DNA from: a virus
DNA: 64,000 nucleotides
Reading direction: 5' to 3' (one strand)
Virus record (IMG/VR): IMGVR_UViG_3300010885_055964
Coordinates: 114,027-178,026 of that record
The notes below the pieces were generated by a model. That model ran no database searches, had not been told where the DNA came from, and saw only the letters and a list, made by a program, of their open reading frames with translations. Positions 8,570-18,775 of this stretch are shown here, one piece after another; positions within the stretch are counted from its first letter, which is position 1; the number at the start of each line of letters is the position of its first letter. The position numbers and the translations under genes were made by a program.

Positions 8570-10698
8570 GTGATAATATCAATGTGATATGGAATAAATT
8601 CTTTTCGCATAGAACTCGTACATTATGGGACAGATTTCCAGGATATTATAGAGCGTTGGTAGTAGAGACTAATGACCCTCTAAATATGTATAGGGTTAGA
8701 TTTAAATGTCCTGATATGCATGATTTTGATCTAGAACCAGATTGGTGTCCTTGGGCAGTGTCGTGCTTTGATTTGGGCGGTAAGAAAGCTGGCAGGTGGG
8801 TAGCACCTTGTATCGGTGACTGGGTTTGGATCACGTTTGAACGGCAGCATCCATACGGACCAATATGGACTGGTTTTGCTGATCCTACCAGAAGAAGATT
8901 TTATGCTTATCCTCAGGTGTTCGGCATTACACCTCTCAGTGTAAATGAAGAGGGTAAAAAAGATCTAAGACCCAAAGATTATGACACAAAATACCTCCCT
9001 AAAGATGGGAGGCCCATGAGCCATGGGTGGGCAGATCGATATGGCAATTTAGAATTACATTCTGCTGTAGGATTCTATCCAGCAGAGCATCAAGACCCTC
9101 CTCCTCCATCTGATCATGATGCGGTATCTGGTTCTGGGTTCAAGCAGAAGAGAAAAGAACCTTTAGTTAATGATCCAGATAAGAAGTATATGGCTCGGGT
9201 CACTAAATATGGCCATATTTTTATAATGGGAGATCAGGGTTATCATTGGAAGAAGGATGAATCGCAAGATATAGGCGAATTCCATGGAGATGCGAAGAAG
9301 GATGAAAAATTCGAAACCAAGAGGTGGTTATTTTTACAACGGCTACTGAATGACAATAAGCCTAGAGCTAGTATGAACGGTGGTGATCAGCGGAAACAGT
9401 TGATGATGACTAGGTATGGTCATCGTATAGAGATGAGGGACGTAGGTTGGGCTCAACAAGGGCCAATTGCTTCACAATCTAGACAAGGTGAATTCGGCCC
9501 AGCTACTACGTTATCTCAAGAGTCTAATGTAGATCATAGATGGATCAAGATAAGAACCAAAGGCGGGATGTTATTCCAAGCTTATGACAAGGGCTTTAAC
9601 CCAGATAAAGACATATTTATCAAGCGTAAATTATTAGAAGAGTCAGGAGCCAAAAGCGAGCTAGAGGACAAATATTGGAAAGATCGTGACGCCAGATGGA
9701 TGAGAATGGTCACTCGTTATGGCTATAAATTCGTGTTGGATGATCGTGGCAGTAATGAAACAGATGCACGAAGACGTGAGCTGCCAAGAGGTATGGGTAT
9801 ATTGATCAAGGGTAGAAGATCCCCATCAGCTAAGAATTTGCCTAGACGAGGTAATAGCAGAGGCTTTCATTGGGAGATAAATGAAAGAGATGATGCAAAC
9901 CATACTACTTGGTGTACGCCACTAGGGCAAGCAGTAGAACTCAATGACAGATATCAATATGTGATTATGACATCATCGCTAGGTAAAAAGTGGGTATCTA
10001 AATGGAGGCATGTAAAAGATAATGAATTTTTAAAAAAGCCTGTGATGATACGTGATCCAGAAATGACCACGCATCATATGAAAATAGATCATGACAATGA
10101 GTATATTCGCTTCAAGACAAGAGCAAATAATGGTAGCAAACCTATTAAACCGGCTAATCCTAGTATGGTAGGAGCCGGTGAAATAAATCAAGGGGTAGAG
10201 GCTAGAGATGGACGTAAGGGTGATGGAGCTTGGGTGGAAATAGTGGACTGCCAACATAGGGGTATGTGGTTTTCAAAGAAATACAATATAGGCATTTGGA
10301 GAGCTAGAAAAAAGAGAAAAATGTATCAGTGGATGGACGAATCTGCGAGAAAGATAGTTATATTTAACGACGAGTCGAATGGCAGAATACAAATATTCGC
10401 TAATGGTGAAGTAAGCCTGACATCTAATCGTGACATTAATATTAGGGCAGATAGGAATATATTAATGAGGGCTGGTAATAATATATTCATGCAGGCGGGC
10501 GGGTCTAAATTTTCTATCTTACCGAGTGGAAGGATCAGTTCTAATACTGTTATCTTTACCAGAGGTGTTATAACCCCTGTTAATGGTGGTACGGCTGTTT
10601 CAAGAAAAGCAAGTCCCGATCCTCCACCCAAATTAGAGCCTAGTGATAGAGGTAAAACATACAATAAGCCATATGAAGCTTCGGAGGATGTCGAATGA
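8566..10698 (+). CDS. baseplate central spike, gp5/VgrG-like (OB-fold plus beta-helix)
   Basis: N-terminal YRALVVETNDPLNMYRVRF...PCIGDWVWITFE..HPYGPIWTG; C-terminal SNRDINIRADRNILMRAGNNIFMQAG repeats. Confidence 0.8.
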   Translation: MSDNINVIWNKFFSHRTRTLWDRFPGYYRALVVETNDPLNMYRVRFKCPDMHDFDLEPDWCPWAVSCFDLGGKKAGRWVAPCIGDWVWITFERQHPYGPIWTGFADPTRRRFYAYPQVFGITPLSVNEEGKKDLRPKDYDTKYLPKDGRPMSHGWADRYGNLELHSAVGFYPAEHQDPPPPSDHDAVSGSGFKQKRKEPLVNDPDKKYMARVTKYGHIFIMGDQGYHWKKDESQDIGEFHGDAKKDEKFETKRWLFLQRLLNDNKPRASMNGGDQRKQLMMTRYGHRIEMRDVGWAQQGPIASQSRQGEFGPATTLSQESNVDHRWIKIRTKGGMLFQAYDKGFNPDKDIFIKRKLLEESGAKSELEDKYWKDRDARWMRMVTRYGYKFVLDDRGSNETDARRRELPRGMGILIKGRRSPSAKNLPRRGNSRGFHWEINERDDANHTTWCTPLGQAVELNDRYQYVIMTSSLGKKWVSKWRHVKDNEFLKKPVMIRDPEMTTHHMKIDHDNEYIRFKTRANNGSKPIKPANPSMVGAGEINQGVEARDGRKGDGAWVEIVDCQHRGMWFSKKYNIGIWRARKKRKMYQWMDESARKIVIFNDESNGRIQIFANGEVSLTSNRDINIRADRNILMRAGNNIFMQAGGSKFSILPSGRISSNTVIFTRGVITPVNGGTAVSRKASPDPPPKLEPSDRGKTYNKPYEASEDVE

Positions 10699-11420
10699 TA
10701 ATTAATTATCCTACTGGATTGTATAATACCGTAATACCTTCAGATACTGAATCTGGCAATGTTACATTCACTGTTAGTAACCAGATGCCACCTCGTACTG
10801 ATTTATTATACCCCAAGATACCCAAATCACTAGTGGGTAGAATTAAAGACCGTCGTTCGAGAGAGTTATTATCGAGACGTGCTACCATGGGTGAACTGGC
10901 ATTCACTGTCACTAAATCTACCAGGGCCGAATTAGGCAACACAGAACGTGTATACGCTACTGGGCAGATATTAGATTTCAACGATGATCCTATCAAAACG
11001 ATCGAACCAATGTTGGTGGCTGATAAGACAGAGATAGTTCATGATTCATCCCAGATCAATTATAGAGGTCTAGATATATTACAACAGGACGTTGACACTA
11101 TACAGGCTAATGCGTTGGTTATTTATGAAAAATTAAAAAAACAATTAAATGTTATAATCCGTAAGCGGAAAGGCAATGAGGAGTTGATAGTCACTAATCA
11201 GAAAATAGTCAATGATGCCGATCGAACAATTAGTGCCTTAACTATCGTTAATAAAATCGAATATAATTCAGATATAAATGGAATAATAATCAAAGCAAAG
11301 GCCAAAAAAGCAGACGCATCTAAGAAGATAGACCAAGCGATTATTATAGCGAATAACCTGGCTGTTCAAGCAACAGCGATACAAGATCAAATAAGAGAGA
11401 TATCATTGGTGATCAAATGA
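10695..11420 (+). CDS. hypothetical virion protein with C-terminal coiled coil
   Basis: 241 aa, ATGA-coupled between the gp5-like and gp25-like genes. Confidence 0.6.
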   Translation: MIINYPTGLYNTVIPSDTESGNVTFTVSNQMPPRTDLLYPKIPKSLVGRIKDRRSRELLSRRATMGELAFTVTKSTRAELGNTERVYATGQILDFNDDPIKTIEPMLVADKTEIVHDSSQINYRGLDILQQDVDTIQANALVIYEKLKKQLNVIIRKRKGNEELIVTNQKIVNDADRTISALTIVNKIEYNSDINGIIIKAKAKKADASKKIDQAIIIANNLAVQATAIQDQIREISLVIK

Positions 11421-11806
11421 CAGCCACATATTATGGTTTTAATCCTCCATTTTTGGGCGGCCCTCAAAACATTATGTCTAGGCAAGAAGATGATAGATTA
11501 ATAAAGAATGATATATTACAATTATTGTTAACTGTGCCGGGTGAAAGGGTAATGAGGCCTGATTACGGTGTGAATTTAAGGAATTTTGTATTTGAGCAAT
11601 TGGTCGATCGTGATTTGAGTCAATTGAGACAAGAGATAATCAGAGGCATAACAGAATTCGAACCACGAGTAGACGTGGAAGAAGTAGTTCTTAAACGGCA
11701 AGATGATTCGAATAAGTTAACTATAAGATTGATAGTGACTTTAAAAAAAGATCCACGCAGACAATTGACCATAGAACAATTTATTAATTTATCAACACAG
11801 GCTTAA
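11417..11806 (+). CDS. baseplate wedge protein gp25 / gpW-like
   Basis: IKNDILQLLLTVPGERVMRPDYGVNLRNFVFE signature. Confidence 0.9.
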   Translation: MTATYYGFNPPFLGGPQNIMSRQEDDRLIKNDILQLLLTVPGERVMRPDYGVNLRNFVFEQLVDRDLSQLRQEIIRGITEFEPRVDVEEVVLKRQDDSNKLTIRLIVTLKKDPRRQLTIEQFINLSTQA

Positions 11807-11817
11807 GGTTATTAAAA

Positions 11818-13407
11818 ATGGGCGACATACAGAAGACATTATTTGATCTGCCAAACGAGCCAGAGCAGTTTGGTGTTATATTAACCCCAGCTAAATTGAG
11901 AAGGATTGACTTTAGTGGGTTGGATTTCACAACAGCTAGAAGGGCGATAATAGAGTATATCAAGACATACTATCCAGATCAATTTAATGATTATGTAGCA
12001 AGTAACGGTATTATGATGATCACCGAGATTATAGCTTCGGTAGTCTCTAAGTTATCGTTACGAGCAGATATATTAGCCAATGAGGCCACACTACCGACCG
12101 CTAAAACCGAGCGGGCTATCATCAATCATTTAGCGTTGATTAACCAACGAATAAAGAGACAAACGCCAGCAATAGTAGACATAGAAATAACCGTAGATGT
12201 CCCAATAACGACAGATATTGAGATCTCACCAGGCATAGTGTTTGCTGCGAATGGTCCAGATAACCAACCTATATATTATGAGGCATTTAAAGCTCCAGGC
12301 GATTTTACTAGCAAGATAGTGATACCAGCAGGCAAGAGAGGTGTGATAATTTGGGGTGTGCAGGGGCAGTTCGCTGGTCCTGTTAGGGTCATTAGTCCAG
12401 GCGGGGGCAATCAAACATTTGAAGTCACTGACAAACAAATATTGGATGATCCTATAAGCGTATATGTAACATATGGGTCAGACAAAGTAGAGTGGACTGT
12501 CGTTAAAGAACCGATTGAAAGATATGGACCTAATGATAAAGTAGTCGAAGTTAACTTCTTTGATGATAACGCCATATTTAGATTCGGTGATGATATTACT
12601 GGTGCTGCCCCTAAATCAGGGTCACTACTCGAGTTTGTGTATAGGACAGGAGGGGGGATTAGAGGCCGTATAGGCGTCAATACGATCGACACACAAAGAC
12701 AAATTACGCCACTCCCGCCAGCTAATTCTGCCGTTTCCGTTCGTTTCCGTAACATTACAGCATCGAGTGGCGGCACAGACCGGGAGACAGTAGAACAAGC
12801 CAAGAAAAGGGCACCAAGAGACTTTTCTGTGCAAGGGAGCATAGTCACTGCAGGAGACTATGCTACGGCTGCGTCCAACTTCGCCCATCCTGTCTACGGG
12901 TCTATATCTAAATCAGTAGCTGCTTTGAGAACAGGAAAGAATGCTAATTTAGTGGAACTATACGTTCTAGCAGCAGGACCAGATGGTATTCCTACGGCTC
13001 CTAATGCTGGATTGAAGGCTGGTTTAGAAACATATATCAGTGATTTAAATGTCTTCACTGATCATGTGAATGTTTTAGATGCTAACATTTTGCCTGTGAA
13101 TATAGAGATGAATATTATTATCGATCGTAACTCTGATGCATCTGTTATTAAACAGAAGGTCGAATCAGCTATTGACAAGTTCTTCAATATCAATAATTGG
13201 GAACTAGGCCAGGGATTATATGTGTCCAACTTTATTGAGGCACTCGAGGCCGTAGATGGTGTTTCTTATGTGGATCTATTTAAGCCATCAGACAATATCG
13301 TACCTGCTAACACCACGTTCAATGATAGCAAATTGACTACAATACGATTCAACCAATTAATAGTCGAAGGCGAGAGAATAACTAATTATTATTATTCCAA
13401 GAATTGA
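11818..13407 (+). CDS. baseplate wedge protein gp6 / baseplate J-like
   Basis: IDFSGLDF..ARRAIIEYIK..YPDQFNDY, FRFGDDITGAAP, GGTDRETVEQAKKRAP, IVTAGDY motifs. Confidence 0.85.
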   Translation: MGDIQKTLFDLPNEPEQFGVILTPAKLRRIDFSGLDFTTARRAIIEYIKTYYPDQFNDYVASNGIMMITEIIASVVSKLSLRADILANEATLPTAKTERAIINHLALINQRIKRQTPAIVDIEITVDVPITTDIEISPGIVFAANGPDNQPIYYEAFKAPGDFTSKIVIPAGKRGVIIWGVQGQFAGPVRVISPGGGNQTFEVTDKQILDDPISVYVTYGSDKVEWTVVKEPIERYGPNDKVVEVNFFDDNAIFRFGDDITGAAPKSGSLLEFVYRTGGGIRGRIGVNTIDTQRQITPLPPANSAVSVRFRNITASSGGTDRETVEQAKKRAPRDFSVQGSIVTAGDYATAASNFAHPVYGSISKSVAALRTGKNANLVELYVLAAGPDGIPTAPNAGLKAGLETYISDLNVFTDHVNVLDANILPVNIEMNIIIDRNSDASVIKQKVESAIDKFFNINNWELGQGLYVSNFIEALEAVDGVSYVDLFKPSDNIVPANTTFNDSKLTTIRFNQLIVEGERITNYYYSKN

Positions 13408-13872
13408 TTACGGCCAATACTCGCCTCCTTGGTCAATGCGGACTATATCAGATAGAGTGCATTGTTCTTGAGTGCCTGTCCAGTATATTTCGACTAATTG
13501 ACCAGTAGATATTACAAAAAATCTGTGTAGCATATTAGGTGGCACAACAAAATATTGTCCTGGTCGTATATAATGTACATGGTCTGGTGTCGGGATCGTG
13601 GAATGTATTATGTTTTTATCCATAAACATATTTAATAGGCTGGTACCTTTCTTATCATCCCATATTTCGATCCCTATTGTAGCGGTAGTGCAGATAAACG
13701 CGTTGTATCTATGCCTGTGTAAATGTATCGAACTTTGCCATCCACGATTGACCTCCAATATGCTTTCATTGATTATTTTATCATCGAATCTATGCCATAC
13801 TCTGCCCCAGCATTTATGTTCCCATGTGGCAATACCTAACCAAGATAAGATTATACCTGTTAAATATTTCAT
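13408..13872 (-). CDS. cupin-fold protein (RmlC-like / sugar isomerase-like)
   Basis: KCWGRVW...SSIHLHRHRYNAF...PGQYFVVPPNMLHRF metal-binding cupin motifs. Confidence 0.75.
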   Translation of the reverse strand: MKYLTGIILSWLGIATWEHKCWGRVWHRFDDKIINESILEVNRGWQSSIHLHRHRYNAFICTTATIGIEIWDDKKGTSLLNMFMDKNIIHSTIPTPDHVHYIRPGQYFVVPPNMLHRFFVISTGQLVEIYWTGTQEQCTLSDIVRIDQGGEYWP

Positions 13873-13943
13873 AAATGTGATACCTGTATTTCAAAACGAA
13901 CTGGTGCTTAGAGATATTTACCCGCATATCAAGAAGCCGACTA

Positions 13944-14360
13944 ATGGTACAAACAGTAGATGGAGCGAGTGACCAAGTGGAATTTAAAGATAAGGTAATT
14001 ACAGTATATTCTATTTGTTATGATGGCAATCCAGATCAGATTTATACGTTCGTTAACTTTGATAAGGCAGTGGCTTCAATAGAGGGGTCTTTCAGGGATT
14101 ATTACGGTAGCAGTGATGATGTAGCTATATTCGATTCATTTTGTGATGAGGTAAAAGAAAAGATATATCAATTAAAAAGTTCACCTTGTATACCTTTGAA
14201 ATTCGACAATCTACAAGTGATATTATATAGTTGGGAATTAGATCACACTAATCAGATACATCAAGTATTGTCTAAGAGCTACGATCAGGCCACTAAGACA
14301 GGAGACGCTAAGCTCGCATCGGATATAGGAAAATTATTTTCTCAATCGGTTAGAAACTAA
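13944..14360 (+). CDS. hypothetical protein
   Basis: 138-aa ORF with plausible composition. Confidence 0.6.
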   Translation: MVQTVDGASDQVEFKDKVITVYSICYDGNPDQIYTFVNFDKAVASIEGSFRDYYGSSDDVAIFDSFCDEVKEKIYQLKSSPCIPLKFDNLQVILYSWELDHTNQIHQVLSKSYDQATKTGDAKLASDIGKLFSQSVRN

Positions 14361-14656
14361 TCATCTCCTTTGTCTATATCTAAGTCGGATAGGATATCTT
14401 TCTTTATCTGACGTAATACCTGAGCCATCAATGAAGCTGCTTCGACTATATGCGGAGCATTATAGAATACCAAGGGCTCATCAAAATCAGGGTGTTTAGC
14501 TATGGCAATAGCACATTGTAATTGCATCTTTTCACATTGTTCGCCAAATCCATTCATTAATTGATTGAATATCTGTTCAAAGATCTCTTGGCGACCAGGC
14601 TCTGGATGATCATTAGCAGCTGGCTGGTTATCGTTCTGGCGGTCAGCGGATTGCAT
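14357..14656 (-). CDS. hypothetical protein
   Basis: 99-aa ORF convergent with the previous gene; GGGAG upstream on the - strand. Confidence 0.6.
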   Translation of the reverse strand: MQSADRQNDNQPAANDHPEPGRQEIFEQIFNQLMNGFGEQCEKMQLQCAIAIAKHPDFDEPLVFYNAPHIVEAASLMAQVLRQIKKDILSDLDIDKGDD

Positions 14657-14693
14657 TCTGTGCTCCCGTTTAAGAATGTGTATTAGTTAACGT

Positions 14694-15353
14694 ATGAATA
14701 CGTTAGAAAAAGATCAAGAAAAAGTGATGATTGTGTGGAATTGGTGTTCTGATGCTTATTTACAGCATGGTATAAGACTTAAATTACCAGCTAATACTGA
14801 CCCTACTACTACATATCAATGGAGGTACGCTAGGGCTATAACTAACAAGTTCACTGAGTGGGGTTTTGATGATGCGACAGCTATCCAATTCATTAAAATC
14901 GCAGTTAAGCATTGCAAAGATGCAGGTGTTCTAAAGAAGGGCTTAGCATCTTTGCATCAATCTAATTTATTAAGCGTGTGCTATAATCGGTTAAAGACGA
15001 GGTCTGAGTCAAATTTACTGTCTGTCGAGTCAATCGCCCACATACATTCATGGCTGATGAAGAAATCAGGACACGACCTGCTTTCTAGCTTGTTGCATAG
15101 GGATGATCCTGACGAATATTGTAATTTAGTCAAATGGTATAAAGCATCACGCATTTCTCGATTGTATTTAGCCTTATCTAAAACGTGTGGTAAAGCATTA
15201 GTTCGTTTAGGTCGCGTCAATCCGGAAGAGCGATCGATAATACCACCTGCTACTTCATTATACATGCTCAGAACAGAATTCATTGAAGAAGCTAACAATT
15301 TAAAATGTGTTAAACAGATTTTGGGCAACGATTGGAGAGAACCGTGTCAGTAA
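14694..15353 (+). CDS. hypothetical protein
   Basis: 219-aa ORF upstream of the RNR. Confidence 0.65.
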   Translation: MNTLEKDQEKVMIVWNWCSDAYLQHGIRLKLPANTDPTTTYQWRYARAITNKFTEWGFDDATAIQFIKIAVKHCKDAGVLKKGLASLHQSNLLSVCYNRLKTRSESNLLSVESIAHIHSWLMKKSGHDLLSSLLHRDDPDEYCNLVKWYKASRISRLYLALSKTCGKALVRLGRVNPEERSIIPPATSLYMLRTEFIEEANNLKCVKQILGNDWREPCQ

Positions 15354-18300
15354 ACATTAAGAATGGACCATCGATGAAATCAACTAACGATGTCTCTGAA
15401 GAGTATTTTGGCCATATTTATACCAATAATGACTCCCCATTTAAATTAGACACTGATTTCATAGCAATATACGCTAACCAAAAGCCGAATTTTGGTTTTA
15501 ATGGCCTTGGGGAATTCGTCTATTATCGAACATACTCGAGACTGCTAGCAGACGATATTAAAGAGCGATTCATAGATACTTTGATTAGAGTTGTAGAAGG
15601 ATGTTATGAGATACAGCGTAGACATTGTAAAAAGATGCATATACCTTGGGATTATGATAAGGCCCAAAAGTCTGCCCAAGAGATGTTCGTAAGAATGTGG
15701 AATTTCAAGTTTCTGCCTCCTGGGCGTGGGCTTTGGATGATGGGAACAGACTTTATGTGGAAGCGAGGCAGTGGTGCATTAAATAACTGTGGATTCGTTT
15801 CTACTGACGATGCTATAGAGTCAGATCCTGCTGAGCCATTTTGCTTTTTAATGGATATGTCCATGTTGGGAGTAGGTGTAGGATTTGATACTAAAGGTGC
15901 AGGCAAGATAACTATCAAAAAGCCATGTCAATCAACTACTTATATCCATCAGATTCAAGATAGTCGTGAAGGGTGGGTCGAATCAGTAAGGTTTTTGATA
16001 TGGTCATATACAAAATATTCGGAAAATGGTGTAGTTGAGTTCGATTATAGTCTGATCAGAGGCCCTGGAAGTGATATTAAAGGCTTTGGCGGCAAAGCCA
16101 GTGGCCCAGCTATCCTACAAGAATTGCATGATTTAATTAGAGGACATTTGGCCAAACGCGTCGGTACCACGTTGTCTAGCGTGGATATAACCGATTTGAT
16201 GAATTATATCGGAAGGTGTGTTGTAGCTGGTAATGTGCGGCGGACGGCTGAGATAGCATTTGGTGAGCCAGATGATACGTCTTACTGCTCGATGAAAAAT
16301 CCTCTTGCCACATTAGAAGAATCTGATGTTGGCAAGTTCTATGAAATAACAGGAAATCTATATTCTCTAAATCGTAGTACAGCGGAATTAAACGATTTTG
16401 CAGATAATGATGGCGGTTATGTGATACCAATTGACAGATTATTACCTGCTATAGAGACTTGGAATGCACTTAATCATCATCGGTGGTCTTCTAATAACTC
16501 GATATTTGCCTATGTTGGCATGAACTACGACTTCATTGGTAAGCAAATAGCTGCTAATGGAGAGCCTGGATTGATGTGGTTAAATAATATGCGTGATTAT
16601 GGTAGATTAATCGATGGTAGGCAACCAGGGATAGACGGACGTGTTAAAGGAGGGAACCCCTGTTTTACTGGTGATATGAGATTGTTAACAGAGCAGGGTT
16701 ATGTTAAGTTATATGATTTGTGGTTGTCAGGTGGTTCACATGAATACTACGGTACTGACGATGCTATAGCTAAGTATGGATCACAAAAGATAGTTAATAA
16801 TCGCGGTGTGGTCATGGCATCCAATGTTTATCGTACTGGTACTGCAGTTCGCACCTATAGAGTGCGATTTAGTGATAACTCTTATATTAATGCTACAGCT
16901 GGTCATACTATGATAAGATTGAATAGAAAAGCTAGTAAGAATGCTGGTAAAACCAAGTACGAGGAGCAACGCGTTGCTCTTAAAGATTTAAATATAGGTG
17001 ATATGATACCTCTTAATAATAGTGTGAGCTTTGGATCATTCCATAATCCTACTTATGCTGAATTAGCAGGATGGTGCATAGGCGACGGATCATTGTCCAA
17101 AATCGTCTTCCATTCCATTCCAATTAAAGCAGATGGGCAGATAAAAACTGAATGCACTTGTTATGAGTCTGATATACACGAGGCTAGACCAAGAATAGTT
17201 GGTCTATTGCAGGAGTTATATCTTGCTTATAATCTCTCATCTAGTCAGCAGCCATCTTATGCAGGATGGAATACAAAGCAAGATCAAGATCATTTTGAGC
17301 AATGCATGCAAGGATCCAAAGTCTTAGGGAGGCTACTGAGGAGTGACGACGTAGTTACTGGCGACAAGCATAAAGTACCAGTGTCAGTCTGGGGAGGCAC
17401 TAAGGCCACAGTAGCGGCATTTATACGTGGTTTCGCTTCTACTTATGGAAGTGTTCAAACCAGCAATACTAAGCATTCTATATCTGTTAGAATTAAACAA
17501 TCGAATGAGAAAATGCTTCAAGATTGTCGTTTGTTATTAAACCAATTCGGAATCGCTTCTACCGTGCATAAAAGACACGGAGCTATGAAACAATTGCTTA
17601 ATGACGGCAAGGGAGACAAAAAACTGTATAACAGGAAACCTGGTTATGAACTAATAATATCAGGTACTAAACAGGTGGATAAATTTATACATGATATAGG
17701 TTTCATACAGCCATCTAAGTCTGCAAAGGCTATAGAATGGCTTACGCGACATAGAGGGTCGAATAACTCTAATACTGGCCAATATGTGAAGGTGGTATCC
17801 GTAGAATATATTGGTGAGCATGATACATATTGTCTAACAGAACCAGGCGATAATAGAGTAGTGATAGAAGGATTACAAGTAGGACAATGCTTGGAACAAT
17901 CGTTGGAATCATACGAGTTATGTAATTTGGTAGAGACATTCCCTGCGAATCATGAAGATGCAGATGATTACATGCGGACACTCAAATTCGCGTATCTATA
18001 TGCCAAGACGGTGACTTTGCTACCAACACATAACCCGCGTACTAATCAAGTAACTCTACGAAATAGGCGCATAGGTCTTTCACAGAGCGGTATAGTGCAA
18101 GCTTTCGCTAAATTCGGTCGCAGAGCCATTTTAAACGACTTCTGTGATGCAGGATATAATGAAATTCGTAGGTGGGATCAAGTCTATTCTGAATGGTTGT
18201 GCATTCAGAACTCGATCAAGGTCACATCAGTCAAGCCTAGCGGAACGGTATCTTTAGTGGCTGGAGCAACTCCGGGCATACATTACCCAGAAGCTAGTAC

Positions 18301-18775
18301 ATACTGGCGTAGAGCTAGGTTAGCTAAGGATAGTCCGCTAGTAAAAATTCTGTCCGATGCGGGATTCCACATAGAGCCTGATGTTAAGGATCAGGAACGT
18401 ACTGTGGTAGTTAAATTCGGCGTGAGCGACGAAAGGGTCAAGCCGGTTGATCAAGTATCTATGTGGGAACAGATGGCTAATGTTGTAGATTATCAAAGGT
18501 ACTGGGCAGATAACCAAGTATCATGCACCATCAAATTCAAACCAGGTGAGGCTGGGGAGATCCCACGTATTCTTGAAACATATGAAGACCAGCTTAAAGG
18601 CATAAGTTTTTTGCCTTTAAGTAATCATGGTTATGCTCAAGCTCCTTATGAACCATGTTCGCCGGAAGAAGTAGAAAAATATAATGCGAGATTAGGCAGC
18701 ACAGATTATTCGACATTTACCGGTCATGATGCTGAAGGCGCTAAGTTTTGCGATTCGGATAAATGTACCATATGA
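15332..18775 (+). CDS. nrdJ: class II (B12-dependent, monomeric RTPR-type) ribonucleotide reductase containing an intein
   Basis: FVYYRTYSR, FLPPGRGLW, ALNNCGFV, VVAGNVRRTAEI, spliced NP-CLEQ.LESYELCNLVE, TSVKPSGTVSL and C-terminal CDSDKC. The true start may be the ATG at 15374. Confidence 0.92.
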   Translation: MERTVSVNIKNGPSMKSTNDVSEEYFGHIYTNNDSPFKLDTDFIAIYANQKPNFGFNGLGEFVYYRTYSRLLADDIKERFIDTLIRVVEGCYEIQRRHCKKMHIPWDYDKAQKSAQEMFVRMWNFKFLPPGRGLWMMGTDFMWKRGSGALNNCGFVSTDDAIESDPAEPFCFLMDMSMLGVGVGFDTKGAGKITIKKPCQSTTYIHQIQDSREGWVESVRFLIWSYTKYSENGVVEFDYSLIRGPGSDIKGFGGKASGPAILQELHDLIRGHLAKRVGTTLSSVDITDLMNYIGRCVVAGNVRRTAEIAFGEPDDTSYCSMKNPLATLEESDVGKFYEITGNLYSLNRSTAELNDFADNDGGYVIPIDRLLPAIETWNALNHHRWSSNNSIFAYVGMNYDFIGKQIAANGEPGLMWLNNMRDYGRLIDGRQPGIDGRVKGGNPCFTGDMRLLTEQGYVKLYDLWLSGGSHEYYGTDDAIAKYGSQKIVNNRGVVMASNVYRTGTAVRTYRVRFSDNSYINATAGHTMIRLNRKASKNAGKTKYEEQRVALKDLNIGDMIPLNNSVSFGSFHNPTYAELAGWCIGDGSLSKIVFHSIPIKADGQIKTECTCYESDIHEARPRIVGLLQELYLAYNLSSSQQPSYAGWNTKQDQDHFEQCMQGSKVLGRLLRSDDVVTGDKHKVPVSVWGGTKATVAAFIRGFASTYGSVQTSNTKHSISVRIKQSNEKMLQDCRLLLNQFGIASTVHKRHGAMKQLLNDGKGDKKLYNRKPGYELIISGTKQVDKFIHDIGFIQPSKSAKAIEWLTRHRGSNNSNTGQYVKVVSVEYIGEHDTYCLTEPGDNRVVIEGLQVGQCLEQSLESYELCNLVETFPANHEDADDYMRTLKFAYLYAKTVTLLPTHNPRTNQVTLRNRRIGLSQSGIVQAFAKFGRRAILNDFCDAGYNEIRRWDQVYSEWLCIQNSIKVTSVKPSGTVSLVAGATPGIHYPEASTYWRRARLAKDSPLVKILSDAGFHIEPDVKDQERTVVVKFGVSDERVKPVDQVSMWEQMANVVDYQRYWADNQVSCTIKFKPGEAGEIPRILETYEDQLKGISFLPLSNHGYAQAPYEPCSPEEVEKYNARLGSTDYSTFTGHDAEGAKFCDSDKCTI
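16661..17887 (+). mobile_element. intein (409 aa) in NrdJ with LAGLIDADG domain, ending Gly-Gln
   Basis: GGNP|CFTGDMRLL ... TYCLTEPGDNRVVIEGLQVGQ|CLEQ. LAGLIDADG-like blocks AELAGWCIGDGS and AAFIRGFASTYGSV. Confidence 0.9.

Noticed and set aside
15300-15374. Cobalamin riboswitch ahead of nrdJ
   Set aside because: No intergenic space (the upstream gene overlaps or abuts) and no recognisable conserved elements.
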